From Geosiphon pyriformis uo1 (Eukaryota > Fungi > Glomeromycota), in the NCBI GenBank assembly GCA_016748015.1, contig JAAOMT010000714.1, positions 101,840 to 165,839 of the forward strand: 64,000 nucleotides of DNA, given 5' to 3'. Shown one piece after another: positions 39,801 to 53,586 of this stretch. Numbering within the stretch: the stretch's first letter is position 1; each line of letters starts with the position of its first letter. The notes under the pieces are model-generated. The model did no database searches and was not told where the DNA came from. It saw only the letters and a program-made list of their open reading frames with translations. The translations under genes were made by a program, and so were the position numbers.

Positions 39801-41606
39801 ATGAAGGAGGTTGCAAAAAATTCTAGTGCTGGTGGTGGTTTTGGACCTGTTCTGTCAAGAAAGAAAAGAAAGGGTGGTGTTTTGGCTAAGAGTGTTTTGG
39901 TAGGAGAGGGTGTTATAGAAACAACTGAAAGTTACTCACAAAATTCTGAAACTGGTGACACTACCAAGTCTGAGAGTGTTGACATGAAAGAAAAGTGCCT
40001 TATTGAGGAGACCAGTATCAATTATAATAAAAAGGATGTCTTTGATGGTAGGGACCCCAACCAAACACTAAAGAGCTTAGATATCAAAATTAAGACCAAA
40101 AAAGTATTGGGCAAACCACTGGACAAAATTAACTTTGAGGATGGCTTTGATAATGGTGATTTTTTGAATGAGTCTGCCCTCCTTTCACCTCCTCTTCTGC
40201 TTAAACTTTCAGTTCATGTTTTTGTTCACAAATTTTTTGCTTTGGATATTGATTTGGTGGCCATTGCTGAGAAATCCTTTCAGGAAAAATTGAATTTTAT
40301 CAGGAAAATTTTTTCAGGTGTGAATAGTTTTGGGAAGGCCTCTATCCTCTCAAAATTTGGTGGGATAATTTGTATGACTTTTACTTCTGAAATGGCAATG
40401 ATGGCTGCAAGTAAATTGGCTTATGATCATGGTATTGTGGTGAACACTGATCTTAAGTGTTTGGTAAACAATTGTACAAATCAGGATATTGTGATTAAGA
40501 AGATTCCTGTTGGTACATTAATTGAGGCAGTACATGCAGCTGTTTCCGAATTTGGGGTTGTTGTGTCAATCAAAATGCAGTTGGTAGGGTTGTAACAAAA
40601 AGCAATTGTCATTTTGGAAGATTTTGATTAAGCTGATTTGTTGACATCCAAGTGGTCTATTCTTATTGGGAAAGATGCAGTCTGGATGGCCAGAGCTAAT
40701 GTGGATAAACAGACATGGAATTCCAGAGATGAGTTTAAAGCATTGCTTTATACTTTTCTTGTGAGAACCAATGCACATGATCTTTGGGATTTTATTGGTT
40801 CAGTGGGTGGGAAAACATGTGTCATCGAGCACAATTCAGTTAACTACACTCAGGCATGCTGCACCACAGTGTGTTTTGAGTTTGAAAGTAATCTAAATCA
40901 GGCTCTGGTTAACACTCCAGTAATAAATAGTGTCAGTCTTCATTGGTCACATCTGTTTGCTGCCTTGTGTTCCTCTTGCAATTCTCTTGGTCATACATCT
41001 AGGTTTTGTAAATTAGCTGGTGTGTCTTCAAGTCCGAAGGGCAAGAGAGCTCCTCTTTTGGTTCAAGATTGGCTTAGATTGGCGAAGATTTATAAAAAGA
41101 AGTCTGCTCCTGTTTCTTATCCTTTGGCTTTTGGTGAGAAGACTTGGGTGTTGGTGGTTGGCTCTATTCCTTCAGGCACTTCTCTTGAATATAATTCTCA
41201 GCTTGGTACCATTAGAAATAATAAACCTCTCCCTCCAGTGGTGAATGATTTGGAAAAACATTTAGTTAGCATTGAAAGCAGTCTTGTTAGCCTCGTTAGA
41301 CAAATTGGTGAGTTGGCTAAGAGATTGGAATCATTTGTGCTGGCAGTTTCTCAGCCTAGCTCTGGATGTCAGCTGCCAGTGACCCCCCCATCACAGAATC
41401 AAGGGAAGGATATAGTGATGAGAGTGAGTTCAGGTGATGCCACTAGTGACAAAACTGCTGCCGTTTCAGGTTCAACTGCCTCACTTGAGGTTGTGAAATG
41501 GGAAAACATGTTGAAAGGTCTCTCTGCTTTAGTTATGAGCCTATTAGCATGCTTGGATGTTTTGGCTTTGGCAGGTGGTGCTCTTTCTCTATCTCTTTCT
41601 CAATGA
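39801..41606 (+). pseudogene. LINE ORF1 (subfamily B), premature stops
   Basis: RRM-like IVIKKIPVG...SEFGVVVSIK; knuckle CSSCNSLGHTSRFC; coiled coil LVSIESSLVSLVRQIGELAKRLE; stops at ~40593 and ~40629. Confidence 0.85.
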
Positions 41607-44600
41607 GTAGTCTGGTATAGAAAATTGCCATGTGTAATGTTTGTGGGTTGAACAATCCTGTAAAGCAAGATAATGTCATTCGTTGGCACAAGGATATAAA
41701 TAATTTGGTTTCTATTTTTATGGAGTCAAAACTTAAAGGGAAAGTTTGTCCATGGTTGACTGACAAATTTGATGGTGTTTGGGTTTTTACTTTTGGTCTG
41801 GATTTTGGTTCTTTGGGTGCTGGTGTGTTGATCATTGTGAATTTTTCTTTAGCAAAACATGTCTGCAAGGTCTCTGAGGTGCCTGGTCAGCTCTTATCCA
41901 TCAAGTTGCTTTTCAAAAATAAACTTTCAGTGTCTATTTTGGGGCTCTATGCTGATGTTTCATCGGTGGTTCAGTTTTTTCAAGCTGGTGAAATCAACTC
42001 TCTTATTGCTAAAGCCATTAATAATTCTTTTTTTGTTATCTTTGGTGGTGATTTTAATGAAGATGGTTCTAGAAAGTGTGCGAGTTTCAAAAAGTGTCTT
42101 GATTTGGAGTTGGTTAACTCTTTGATTGGAAGCCTGGCCATTAAAATGCCCACTTGAGCAAATTCTAGAGGTGTCATGAAAACTATTGATTAGGTGTTTG
42201 TTTCACTGAATCTGGTCAATTTTTTGGTACATCGCGGTATTTCGAACATTGGTGAATATTTTGATACAGACCACCAGGCTGTGTCTGTATCTGTGGGCTT
42301 GGGCAGTTTATTAGATACATGCTTGTTTTTTCTTTGCAAGCAGGCAAATAAAAATTGTTGGAAATTTGATGTTAAAAATGCCAGTGAGACTAAATGGCTT
42401 AAGTTTAAGGATGCTATGGCTGCTAACACTACTATGTTTTTGGGTGCATTTGGTGATGCTGTGAAGTTTTCTGATCTTGGCGCTATGTAGAACATCATTT
42501 GCAAGATTATAGTTCTCTCAGCTGGTGGTGTTTTCAAAAAAAAATGGTTCAAGAGTTTTGATATGGTTCGCAATAAAGTGTTGTCTAGGTTTTATAAGCT
42601 AGAGCTGTTGGTTTCCAAGCTGGTGAAGGCTTCTTGTTTGAGTTCTAGTGTCAGTTTTGCTTTGCTTTTGGGTACATAGGACAATCTTGACTCTGCTGGT
42701 GCTTTGACAGTAAGATCTATGTTCTTTTCTGGTGCTAAATTTGATGACATTTGTTCTGCTCTGGCCAAAGCAAGAAAGTTATACCACTTTTCTAAATTGC
42801 TGGAATTCAAGTGCACTGAAGAATCTCACATTAGGCAGGCTATTACCAATAGGATGGAGAGTTTTGAACTGGATAAGAATCATACAATCAGAAGTGTATT
42901 GAAACATCTCTTTTGCAAAGTGGTTTTGGACCATCTGGTTGTGGGCAATGAGTTAGTTCTTAAATCTGATTTGGTTAAGTTCAAGGTAGATGCTATCATA
43001 GAAGAATAAACCAGGAAGCGTGTGGTGGTTGATAATATCTCTGATACTTGGTTTCGTCAATACCAACTTTTGGACTACGTTTTTGATGATGCTTTTTCTG
43101 GAGTGATGAGTGAGATTAATTTTGATGAGTTGCATCATGTGATTACCAGTTTTCCAAATGGAAAAACTGCTGGTCTCTTAGACATCTCTAATAAGCTTTA
43201 GAAATATTGTGATAAGTCAGTTTTGGGTTTGCTTTTAGTTCTTTTGAATTCTTGTTTGTCTTGTGAGTTGGTGCCTGGTCCTTAGAAGGAAGCTTGAGTT
43301 TTAATGATTCTCAAACCTTATGAGTGGGAGGGTATTCTCACAAATACTCATCCTATTGCCTTGATCAAAACAGCTCACAAGATTCTATCCAAGATTCTTT
43401 CAGATAGAATCTCACTGGCTTGCAGCTCATATGATGTTCTGCGTGGTAACAATTTTTCAGTTTTAAAGGATACAACAACTCAGTCTCCTATTTTTGCGAT
43501 TGGCTTGGTAATTAAGGATGCTTTGGAAAAAAACTGGGAACTTTGGCTTGTTCTACAGAACATGTGGAAGACATATGATTTGGTTGGCTGAGAGCACCTT
43601 AAAAAGAGCTTGGTCAGGATCAAAATGTGTAGTAAATTTGTTTGCTTTTTTGGTAGTATTCATAGAGACTGAACCAACCATGTTATAACAGATTTTGGTT
43701 TGACTGATGGTTATTAAGTGTTTGATGAGTTGGACCAAAGTAAAGTTTTTTCCTCTCTGCTGTGGCACATATTTTATGATCCTCTGTTGTGTGAAATCAA
43801 GCATCAAGAAAGTATGTGTGGTTATAGGCTCAATTTTTATTTTGTTTCTGGGAGTGATCACACTGAGTCTTAGGCTGGGCTTTCTACTTTTCTTGCTGCT
43901 GGTGTCTTTGTTGATGATACTATTTGGATTGGTAGCAGTCAGGCTGCTACTCAGCATATTTTTAACGTTGCTAGTGAATTTTTTTGAGTCAATGATATTT
44001 CAATTAATAATGACAAAACTGTGGTCATTCTAGTCAACAGCAAAGTCAGTGTTCCATCTCTTTTTATTAGTGGTTCACCTATTTCTGTTGCCCATAGAGG
44101 AGAACCTCATCAGTATCTTGGTATTTTTTTGTCAACTGAGGGCCTTTCAAGGCCTAGCTTGGCTAAAGCACATTTAGACATTTGTTTTTTTACTAATTTA
44201 GTTCTAAGGAAGGCAGTTTCAGATAAGCAGTTCTCTATCCCATAATCGGCTACAGAACACAGTTCAGCAATATTCCTGTTAGTGTGTGCAATAAATGAGA
44301 TGCTCTGATTTGCAAGGGCTTAAAGCTAAAAGCTGGTCTCCCAATGGACTTTCCTAGTGATACTATTCACCATCCCTCTTTTTATGGTTTAAAATCATTT
44401 TCACAGTGTTAATCTGAGAGTAAAGTAGCTTCGCTTATTAGTTTTGCAAACTTTGGCAGGATCTTGAGGCATTTGTTCAGTCACAGATCATATGACTTAC
44501 AGACTCTGTGTTGGCAGCCCATTCACTCATTGATCTCTCCTGCTCATATTCATGTTAGTGTTTCTAATAATTTCTTGGCTAGTATAGTTCACATTCTCTT

Positions 44601-46260
44601 TGATTGCAATTTGTCTTTGGGTGGCTCTTTGGCCAGTACTTTTCAGTTTTATGATGGAGTTCCTATGTCTGTCATTCTTGGTGAGTCTTTGTTTTTCAAG
44701 TTTCTATCTTCTCTCTAGTGTTTTGGCATTGCCTTTGTAGATCAGCTTTGTGATCATTATGACATTGTTTTTAGCTGGTGTACTTTCAAGTGGTGGAAGA
44801 GGCTGGACCTTTATGGCCCAGTTCTTGAATAGTTCGGACTTTCTGTTGTATTTTTTACGGCTTCTCATTTGCCTTCCACAGTCTCAGTTGGTGTTAGTCC
44901 TTTTAAATTTTGTGAGTTTAATGATTTTGTGGCCGCCTATGGTCATCTTTCTCAGGTTGATGTCAATAGTTTGTCTATATATACAGATGATTCTTTGAAG
45001 AATTTGGGTACAGTTAATTGTAGAGCTGGGGCTGCTGTTTTTTTTGAGAACATTGATTTGGGTTTGGGTGTTGGTGTTCAGGGTTTAGCATCATCTACTT
45101 TAGCAGAGTTACAGACTATAACATTGGCTTTGGAATGTGTGTCTGCAGCTCGTTCTGTTAATTTGTTTTCAAATAGTTAAGCAGCTTTAGATGCTTGTAG
45201 GTCTGAGTTAAGCCTGGTGTGTCCTGACTTTCACAATTGATGTTGGGTCAAACATCAGCATATTTGGAATGTTATCTACAATAGGAATTTGAGAGTTAGT
45301 TGACACAAAGTCAAGGGCCACTCCGGCGTCTCGGAGAATGACTGCACTGATAGCATTGCTAATGCTGTATCTCTATCTGGTTGGTATCTTCCTCCTTGTA
45401 TGGATGGACACTTTTTGTTGGTGGATAGTAGTGTTGTTTCTAGTAATTCTAGACACTTTGTTCGAGATGTTTATCATGTGGTTTGTCATGTATGCTAAGA
45501 GATCGGTTCCAATTCTGGATTTCTAGCTAGTAGTTTGCATTCAGATGTTGACTGGCTCAGCTTTTCTAGGGTTTGGCACCCTGATTTACATATGGCCACT
45601 GGTTTTACTAGCAGGCTCACAGCTGATACTTGTACTTATCTTATGAAGGCTTTGCACCATCAGCTTCCTGTGGCTGTCTGGAAGTGCATTTACAATAAAT
45701 GTTACCCTAATGTCCTGTGTCTGTATTGTAGTGAGGTAGAGGTTTCTGATCATGTGTTTTCTTGTGCAGTTGATAATTCGGTTCATTGTCAGGTACTGGA
45801 ATCCTGTATGTCTTATTGGAAGTCACTTTCTGGGCTCTTTCTTCCCTCTTTGGTTGTGTTGCAGTTGATGTTGACCTGTGCTTCAGATTTGCTGGTCTCC
45901 TTGGCTCTTTATAAGGGTTTTGTTTTCAATGGATGGCTACAAGAGGCTGTTACTGTCTTCCATGATCCCAAAATTGCTGGTGTTAAAATTACTGATTTTA
46001 TGTGCTTTCTATACTTTGCTTTTAGGAATGATATTTGGTTAGTCTATATCAAGTATCGTGCTTTTATGGAAAAGAATGACCTGATTCCAGTGGATGGATC
46101 TATTCTCATCCCAGTTTTTGGTTTGGTTTCGAGGTTGTCGCCTAGTGTGGTTAAATTGCTTGGTATTATTGAAGCCTTTGGTGTTCTTTTTGGCTTTTAC
46201 AAGTCTTGTTTATTTTTTTTGGGTGTTGGTAACATGGTTTCTGTTAATATAGTTGTATAG
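41603..46260 (+). pseudogene. LINE ORF2 (APE-RT-RNase H-CCHC), many stops and a deletion at ~44237
   Basis: GGDFN, DTDH, FVDDTIW (~43908), YLG, YTDDS, ELQTI, KVKGHSG, CLYCSEVEVSDHVFSC. Confidence 0.93.
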
Positions 46261-49200
46261 TGTTGTCTTAACTGGCTCGAGTGGCTGGTCACATGTGGTT
46301 AAGTGCATGATTCATGCCTAGTTTAGATTATTTCATTGATGTATAGTTCTAGGTAGTGTTTGGATCTCACTCGTTAAACAAAATAAAAAATAAAAATAAA
46401 AACAGTATTAAAAAACAAAAAAGCAAAATTAATTTAATTTTTATTTAATAGATTAATTAAATAAAACATTTAAAAATATGGTTTGTTTTGCTTTTAAAAC
46501 TGGTAAAAATTTATTAAAAAATACTACTTTAAACAATATAATTAATAATTAAGCTTGATTTATTTTGAGAAATGTATTATTATTATGGTTTTTATATTAA
46601 AAAAAAATTAGTTATTATTACAAAGATCTTATTCAAAATTTTATTTTAAAAATTTGATATAATAATAATAAATAAAAGTAATTAATATTGCTTTTATAAT
46701 TTTTTGGCTTTTTTAATTATTTATAAAATAATAATAATAATAATAATAATAAAAACAAAAAACCAGTTTGTTAATTAATCTATTATTAAAAACTTTTAAG
46801 TTTTAAAAAAAAATAAAAACATTATTAAGATTTTAACTAAAAAAATTACTAATTAAAAAAAATATATGTTTTAAAAGTTATTAAAAAACAATTTATATTA
46901 TTAATATTTAAGAAAACCATTTTTAAAATATTTTGTTTAAGTATTTTTATAACAAAAAAAACTACTTATATTAAAACTTTATTAATTATTATAAGAGGAG
47001 TAATATTTCCAATTTTTTTATTCTTTGTTTTAATTATAATAATAAAAATAAAAAAAAAAAAAAATTTTAATTATATAATATTAAATAATTATTATTAATA
47101 ATTAAAACTTAAAATAAAATAATAATAAAATATTTTAATTTATTATTACAATCTTAAAAATTTCTATTTATTTTAATAAAATATAATTTTATTAAATTTT
47201 ATATTGCTTTATTTTAAAAACTAAAATATATGTATTTTTTTTAAATTAGACATATTTAATAGTTTTATTTTATTAAAGTAATTTATAAAAACGGTTTTAT
47301 TTTTATAATTTTATGTATTTATTTTTTTATGGTTTTTTTATAAAAATTTATTTAATGTTTCTGTAAACTTTATCTATAATACAAATTTTTATAACTAATT
47401 ACAATTAATTTAAACTTTTTAAAACCACAAAAATAAATAAAATTAGCAAAACATTGTTCTTATTTTTAGATTAAAGTAAATTTTAAGCAAATTAATAATT
47501 AAATTGACAATAAATTTGATTTAACTTTTAAAAAAAAACAAAATAAGTTTTAATAGTTATAAAAAAACAATTAAATTCAATTTTTTTAATTATAAATTTT
47601 ACTAAACTAAACAAATTCTGTAATTTAAATTTAAAAATTTAACTTAAATTTATATATCTTATTAAAAAACTATTAATAAAGTAAAACTAAGTATTATTAA
47701 AAAGCAACAGCTTTAATATAAAATACTAAATTATTAAACTAATTAACAAAAACTTCAAAATTTGTTTTAAAAAATTAGAAAAAACAGATTTATAATTAAA
47801 AGCTAAATAATTTAAACTTTAACATTTATAATAATGTTAACATCTAAAAATTTTTCATCAAATATAATTTTTGTGTAAAGCATTAATCTTAAAAATTACT
47901 TTAACAAAAGTTTTTTAAACTTAAAAACAACAATAATAACAAATTATTAATAATAATTAATATTAAAGAACTAAAAATAAGACTAATTTAATTACTAATT
48001 TAAAAAACCATATTACTGATTTTAAAAACTATATAGCCAAAAAAAGTTAATTAATTTGGTTTTAAATGTATTTTAAAAAACCACTTTTTTAATTAACAAA
48101 AAAAAATTTTAATATTAAAATTAACAAGTAAACAAAATAGCTTTGATAATTTAAAAAATTTAAAATACATAATAATTTATTGTTATAAACCAGTAAACTT
48201 TAACTTAATACTCGAAATTTTATTAAAAAAAATGTTTATAAAACATTATGTAAAGCTATAACAAAGAAAACAAAAACAAAAACAGAAATTACAGAAAATT
48301 TTGCAATTTAAGAGTAATAAAAAAGTTTAACAAGTTTAATTTTAATAAAAATATTTAAGAAAACTCGAAAAACAAACTTTATTAAAAAAAGTTTAATATT
48401 GTTTTTAATTACTAATTTTAAATTATAAAACTATGGTAAAATAAAAAAATAGTTTTAATATAAGCTAATTTAATTTTTGCAGTTTTATTATATATTAAAA
48501 TAAAAATTATCTATTTAAAAATTTTTAATAATTTTTAAATATTATTAAAATTAACAGTGTTTTTTTTTTAAAAAAAAGAAAATATTTTAATTTTTAACTT
48601 TTTAATTCAAATTTTAAGATTAAATGTTTTAATAAGTTATTTAGTTAAAAATACATATATATTATAATTTGTTTTGTTTTTAAAACTAATAAAAATTGAT
48701 TAAAATTCAATATATTAAATAATTTAGTTATATATTAATTAGAATTAGCTTTAGCAATATATTGTTGCTATTATTAAAATAGAAAAAGCCATTGTTTATA
48801 ATCAAATTAAAATTAAATATTATAATTAATACAATTAATACAATTAATAAAAACATTAAAAACCGAATAAAATTTTTGTTTTTTTGTTTTTTTGGCTATT
48901 TAAGCAATAATAAAAAGAATTATTGAGAGATATAATAATTTAATTAACAGTTTGTTATTAAAAATCTTATGAGTTTTTATAATAATAGCAATTATATTAA
49001 AACTGATCTTAGTTGGTTGTTTAAAAAACTTTGAATAAAAAACTTTTATTTAAATTATAATATATTAAAACAATAAAACAGATAATAAAATTGAAATTTA
49101 TGAAATTAATCAAAATTAACAAGTTTTAAAAGGTTTAAAATCAAAATAATAATATTTTATTTATATAATTGTATAAAAATCTAAAATTATACAATATATA

Positions 49201-50212
49201 TATGATTAAAGTTAAATAATATGATTGTAAAAAAATCGAATATGTATAATGTAAAATAATATTTTGAATATTCAGTAACAATAAAAAAAGTTTCATTTGC
49301 AAATCTTAATAAATTTGCAATTACTTAATATATAAAATCAAAAAATACAAGAAACCAATTAAAAAAAGACTACTAAAATTAGGATTTTGAATGGTAAAAT
49401 AAATTATCAGATATATATCTAAATATGCAAAAAGTATATTTAATTAAAACAGTTTTATTTGAATAACAACAAACATTTAATTAATATTAAATATAATAAA
49501 ACAATACTTAAATTATTATTAAACAGAAATGGCATTAACAAATTTTTTATTTAATAGTAATATTTTATATTTAAACAACAATAACAGTAACAAAGTTCAA
49601 TACAATATTTTGAGCTGTAGTGTATTACAATTTCAAATCTTGTTAGTTAATCAAAATCTAAAATATATTACAATTAATTAAATAAAAAATTGTGCACAAT
49701 GACCAAATATTTTTCAATTAAAAAATAATATCAGTTAAATTTGTAACATAAACATTGCCAAATTAATACAATTTAAATTCAAAACAAATTCAGAAATGTT
49801 AAAGGTGATACCAAAAATTTTGTAAAAAGATGTGCTTATTAAGAAATCAGATATTTAATTATTATTATTATAATGTCGTAATTCTTAAACAAATTGAAAA
49901 GATTATTTTAATACAAAAATAACAAATTTTGAACTGTTAAACCATCTAAAACTTTTAATGAAATACATAACATTATGTAATTATGCATATGTTTATTTTT
50001 AATAGAACACTTGTAGGTCGAAAGAATTTTAATGTGATGGAATAGTATATTTAAACATCAAAAAATACATTTATTGATAAAGGTTGTTTAATCTGGTTAA
50101 ATAAAAGATTTCAAAAACATTACTTACAAAACTAAAAACAATTCAAGTCAATATATATTGCAAAATAGACAAAAAAAACACAGGATTTTGATTAATATTA
50201 CTTTTATTGAAA

Positions 50213-50213
<1 letters not shown>

Positions 50214-50252
<39 letters not shown>
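50214..50252. repeat. (ATT)13 microsatellite
   Basis: Uninterrupted ATT run. Confidence 0.9.
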
Positions 50253-50609
50253 TGAAGGCAAAAAAATATTAGAAATAGATCTCGCTTTTTTGACTCAATA
50301 TTTTTTTAATCCTGTTACTCCATTTAAGACAGAAAGTTTGAGTTTCTTTTTCATTTATAACATTCTTTTTATGTTCTACAAATATGTTTTCGATATCTTG
50401 TTTGTGTGTTGGTTAAGTCACAATTAATTTTTAATTTTATTATTTCTTAATAATAAAAGTATGCCAGTTTTTTTCTAACAATTTATTGAAAAAATCATTA
50501 AATTTACAATTTGTAAAATTAAAAAACAACAAAATGAAATTAAATAGTAAAAGCTTTAATTCAAAAACAAAAAATGCTCAATAATATTGTTTCATACATA
50601 AGTTTTGTT

Positions 50610-50900
50610 TGGTGTTCCAAATGGGTCGGCTAGGATAATTTTTTTTCAAATTTCCAATCCTACCCGACCTGCAACCCGATTAATTTATTCGGGTCAGATA
50701 TTACTAACTTTTTTTTTGACTTTTAAGTAAAAAATACTTACGAAGCTTGGTCTTTCTCTAGGTCAGGTCGGATCGGGTTGAAATCGGGTCGGGACAAATT
50801 CCGAACTCGCATCTGACCCGAAGATTAACGGGTCACATTTTTCGGGTCGGGTCGGGGTTCAAATTTGGGTTTGACCCGACCCGGCCCGATCGGAGTACCA
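50610..50900. mobile_element. hAT-type MITE (291 bp)
   Basis: Perfect 8-bp TSD GTTTTGTT (50602-50609, 50901-50908). Imperfect TIRs TGGTGTTCCAAATGGGTCGG and revcomp TGGTACTCCGATCGGGCCGG. Many internal TCGGGT/ACCCGA motifs. Confidence 0.85.
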
Positions 50901-53586
50901 GTTTTGTTATTTGTAAACATATACTATTAATTTGTTTATTTTACAATAACTCTGTTAAGTAACATGTAAAATGATTTATTAGAAAGCTGAAAACCCATAG
51001 ATTTATTAATAATTAATTTAGTGGATGATACATTTTTTTGATAAAAAATTAGATATAATGTAAAAGAGGGCAGTTTTGACGAATGGAGTATTGTGGGAAG
51101 TTAATGGTTGTGATAAAAGAAAATGCATACTTTCACGTATCTTATGCTCGCACGTGAATTTATTTTTGCTAACTTTGCCACAATACCGTAATTCTTCAAA
51201 AATATACCCTCTTTTTACCTTATGTAAACTTTAGGTGATATATTTTCATAGAAAGTGTATCGTGCAAAAATGTCTTTATACACATAGTTGAATCTTAAAT
51301 TCCAAATTCTTTCAAAGGTTGTTAAAATAACAAATAATAAAAAATCTAAAATTTAAAATTGAATTTTTTTTTTCTAATTTTTTCGCTTTAACCTTAAAAT
51401 TATATTTTCTCTTGAATGAATTGTTACTGTATGTTTTAAATCACAATACATATTCCCATATATAAATTTACAAAAAGCTTGAAATGCCAAAAACAAATCA
51501 CGATGAAGGTAAAAGCTATTAGAACATAATCTACCAATACTGAAAATTTTCAAACAAATTTTGCGATTCTAGATGGCTTTGTTAATTATTTTTTCATTAT
51601 TACTTGCTTTCTCAATTTGCTTTGAATCTTAAACCTTCTTGCTAAAAATCAAAGGTGCTTTTGAATATTTTTCAAAAAGGGTTTTAAGGGCCTATAATTT
51701 TCTATTTTCTAGTGTTTCTTTCTTATCGTTTAAAGATTATATTATCAAAAAAGCCTAAAAATTTAGCAAAGCTTAAATTTAATTATTAGAGACTCAACGC
51801 TTTTTTATTGCAAATATTTGAAAGGATCATATGGTAGAGCAAAATTGATTATCAATCTATAAAGAAAATTTTCATAAAGATCTTATTCTGCTTTTGACGA
51901 AAAGGCAGAATTTTAGTGGTCAGAAACTTGAAACTTCCATTCGAGATTTTGCGCATTGAGGCTTAGAGAAACCAGAAATGCAAATTTGGTGTGATTTTTT
52001 CGAATTTTCGGGGTTTCCGGCTTTTCGTAATTGAATCCGTTTGGTGAGATAAAGTTCTGGAAAATCTTATACCAAATACCACGTCTATTCAAGTCTTTGC
52101 GTCACTCCAAAATGCATCTTCGCCCAAACTTCTTCAGCCGTGTTTAGGTAATCAATTTTTCTTCAAATAATGCCTTTTACTTCATTCTGCAAATACTTTC
52201 GGGTCTCAAATCTGATGTTTTTTTTTTGGATCAGATCCAAAGAAAGGGTATGCTTGCCCCTTTATTTGATATATTGAGTCTGCCTGAATCAAAGGCTTGG
52301 CGTCCTCGCCCTAAAACGCGCTTTTTTTCCTTTTAAAGAAATATCATAGCATAGCCATCGCGTTTTGAACCGGAAAGAAAAAGGAGATCTCAAAGAATTT
52401 ATGCGAGCCCTTGAAAACATCTCAATTTCTTTATTCATTGAAGCGTGCTCAAAGACAAATTTATGTTTTCTGTCGATCCTATTGATGTGTGATCTACGCC
52501 TTTCCCCCTTGAGAGGCTTCCCGTTGTTTTGCATAGTGTTGATTACCCGCATTTCATTTTCTTTCGCTTACCAACCTGAAAATTTATTAATTCCACTTTT
52601 TACTTTCATTCAGATCTAAAGGGAATGGAAGTAAATCATACGATCAATCTGAGAAGAAAACGTTGCATACTATGGTGAACTTTATTAGACTCATTCTTCG
52701 CAAATGTTTATGACAAGTGCTTTTACCGAAAAATATACCTTTAACAATAGCACACTGCAGGTCTAGAAATTTCTAAAGCCCGTTTTTTATCACTTCCTCG
52801 CATGCTAATACCCATAATAACTTTATCTTTCAGCAAAAACAATAGGGTTGAACTTCATCAAAAAGAGGATTTTCGTAAAATGACATCATGTCAGGCACTT
52901 TGGTTTTTAAAAACAAGCTAAGGGTATAGGAAACAATAGATTGTCCTGTTTTGAAAAGAATGGAACAGTTGACTAAAAGAGGAAAATACATGAATTTTTT
53001 TTAAAGTTTGTACTTTTCATATAACTTTAATTTTTATTTTTTCATTCTTGAAAAAAAATGGAATCAAATAAAACACAATTTTTTTTAAACTACGCACACC
53101 TCCGATTTACTAAAGACGAAATAAAGGAAGTGATTCTAAGGTAACATCATAAATGTAACTTAACCGATAGTTACTCAACTAAGTCCTAGCCAATATGGAA
53201 TTAGTTCTTTTGTTTATCTGATTTCTTATAGTCTAAAAGAGTTTTTGTGGTTTAGTTGTGCGTAGTGTTGTAGAAAAAATATTTGTCCGCATAAACATAA
53301 ATGTATCTGGGAAATTTAAAATAAAATTAAACACCCAAATAGTCCTGCCTTCTACTAATGTATGAAAATACGTAAGCACTATTAACGGTAAAAAAGAAAT
53401 GATCGTAGTGAATTTGTATATGAGAAGGAAACGCCGAAGTTAATAGGGCCATTGTTTGTGAAGGGATTGAAAATTATATAGAGGAAAGTCAACGAAATAA
53501 TCAGGGGATAAATCGAAAAAAAGATCAGGGGTCAAGGAGAAAAAAATCAAAAACTCATCAAGTTGACGAGCTTCCTTGTTAACTCT

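Larger units (their letters stand above)
39660..46396 (+). mobile_element. LINE copy 6, full length, moderately decayed
   Basis: Both ORFs and the tail are present, ending in (TAAAAA)n. TSD TAAAAACAGTA at 39649-39659 and 46397-46407. Confidence 0.96.

Noticed and set aside
50158-50427. 89-aa ORF with poly-Leu (signal or TM-like)
   Set aside because: Produced by the (ATT)n microsatellite.
51850-52620. Possible small gene or pseudogene (ORFs 52289-52552 minus, 52365-52619 plus)
   Set aside because: No recognisable motif, several stops in extended frames, and no consistent exon model.
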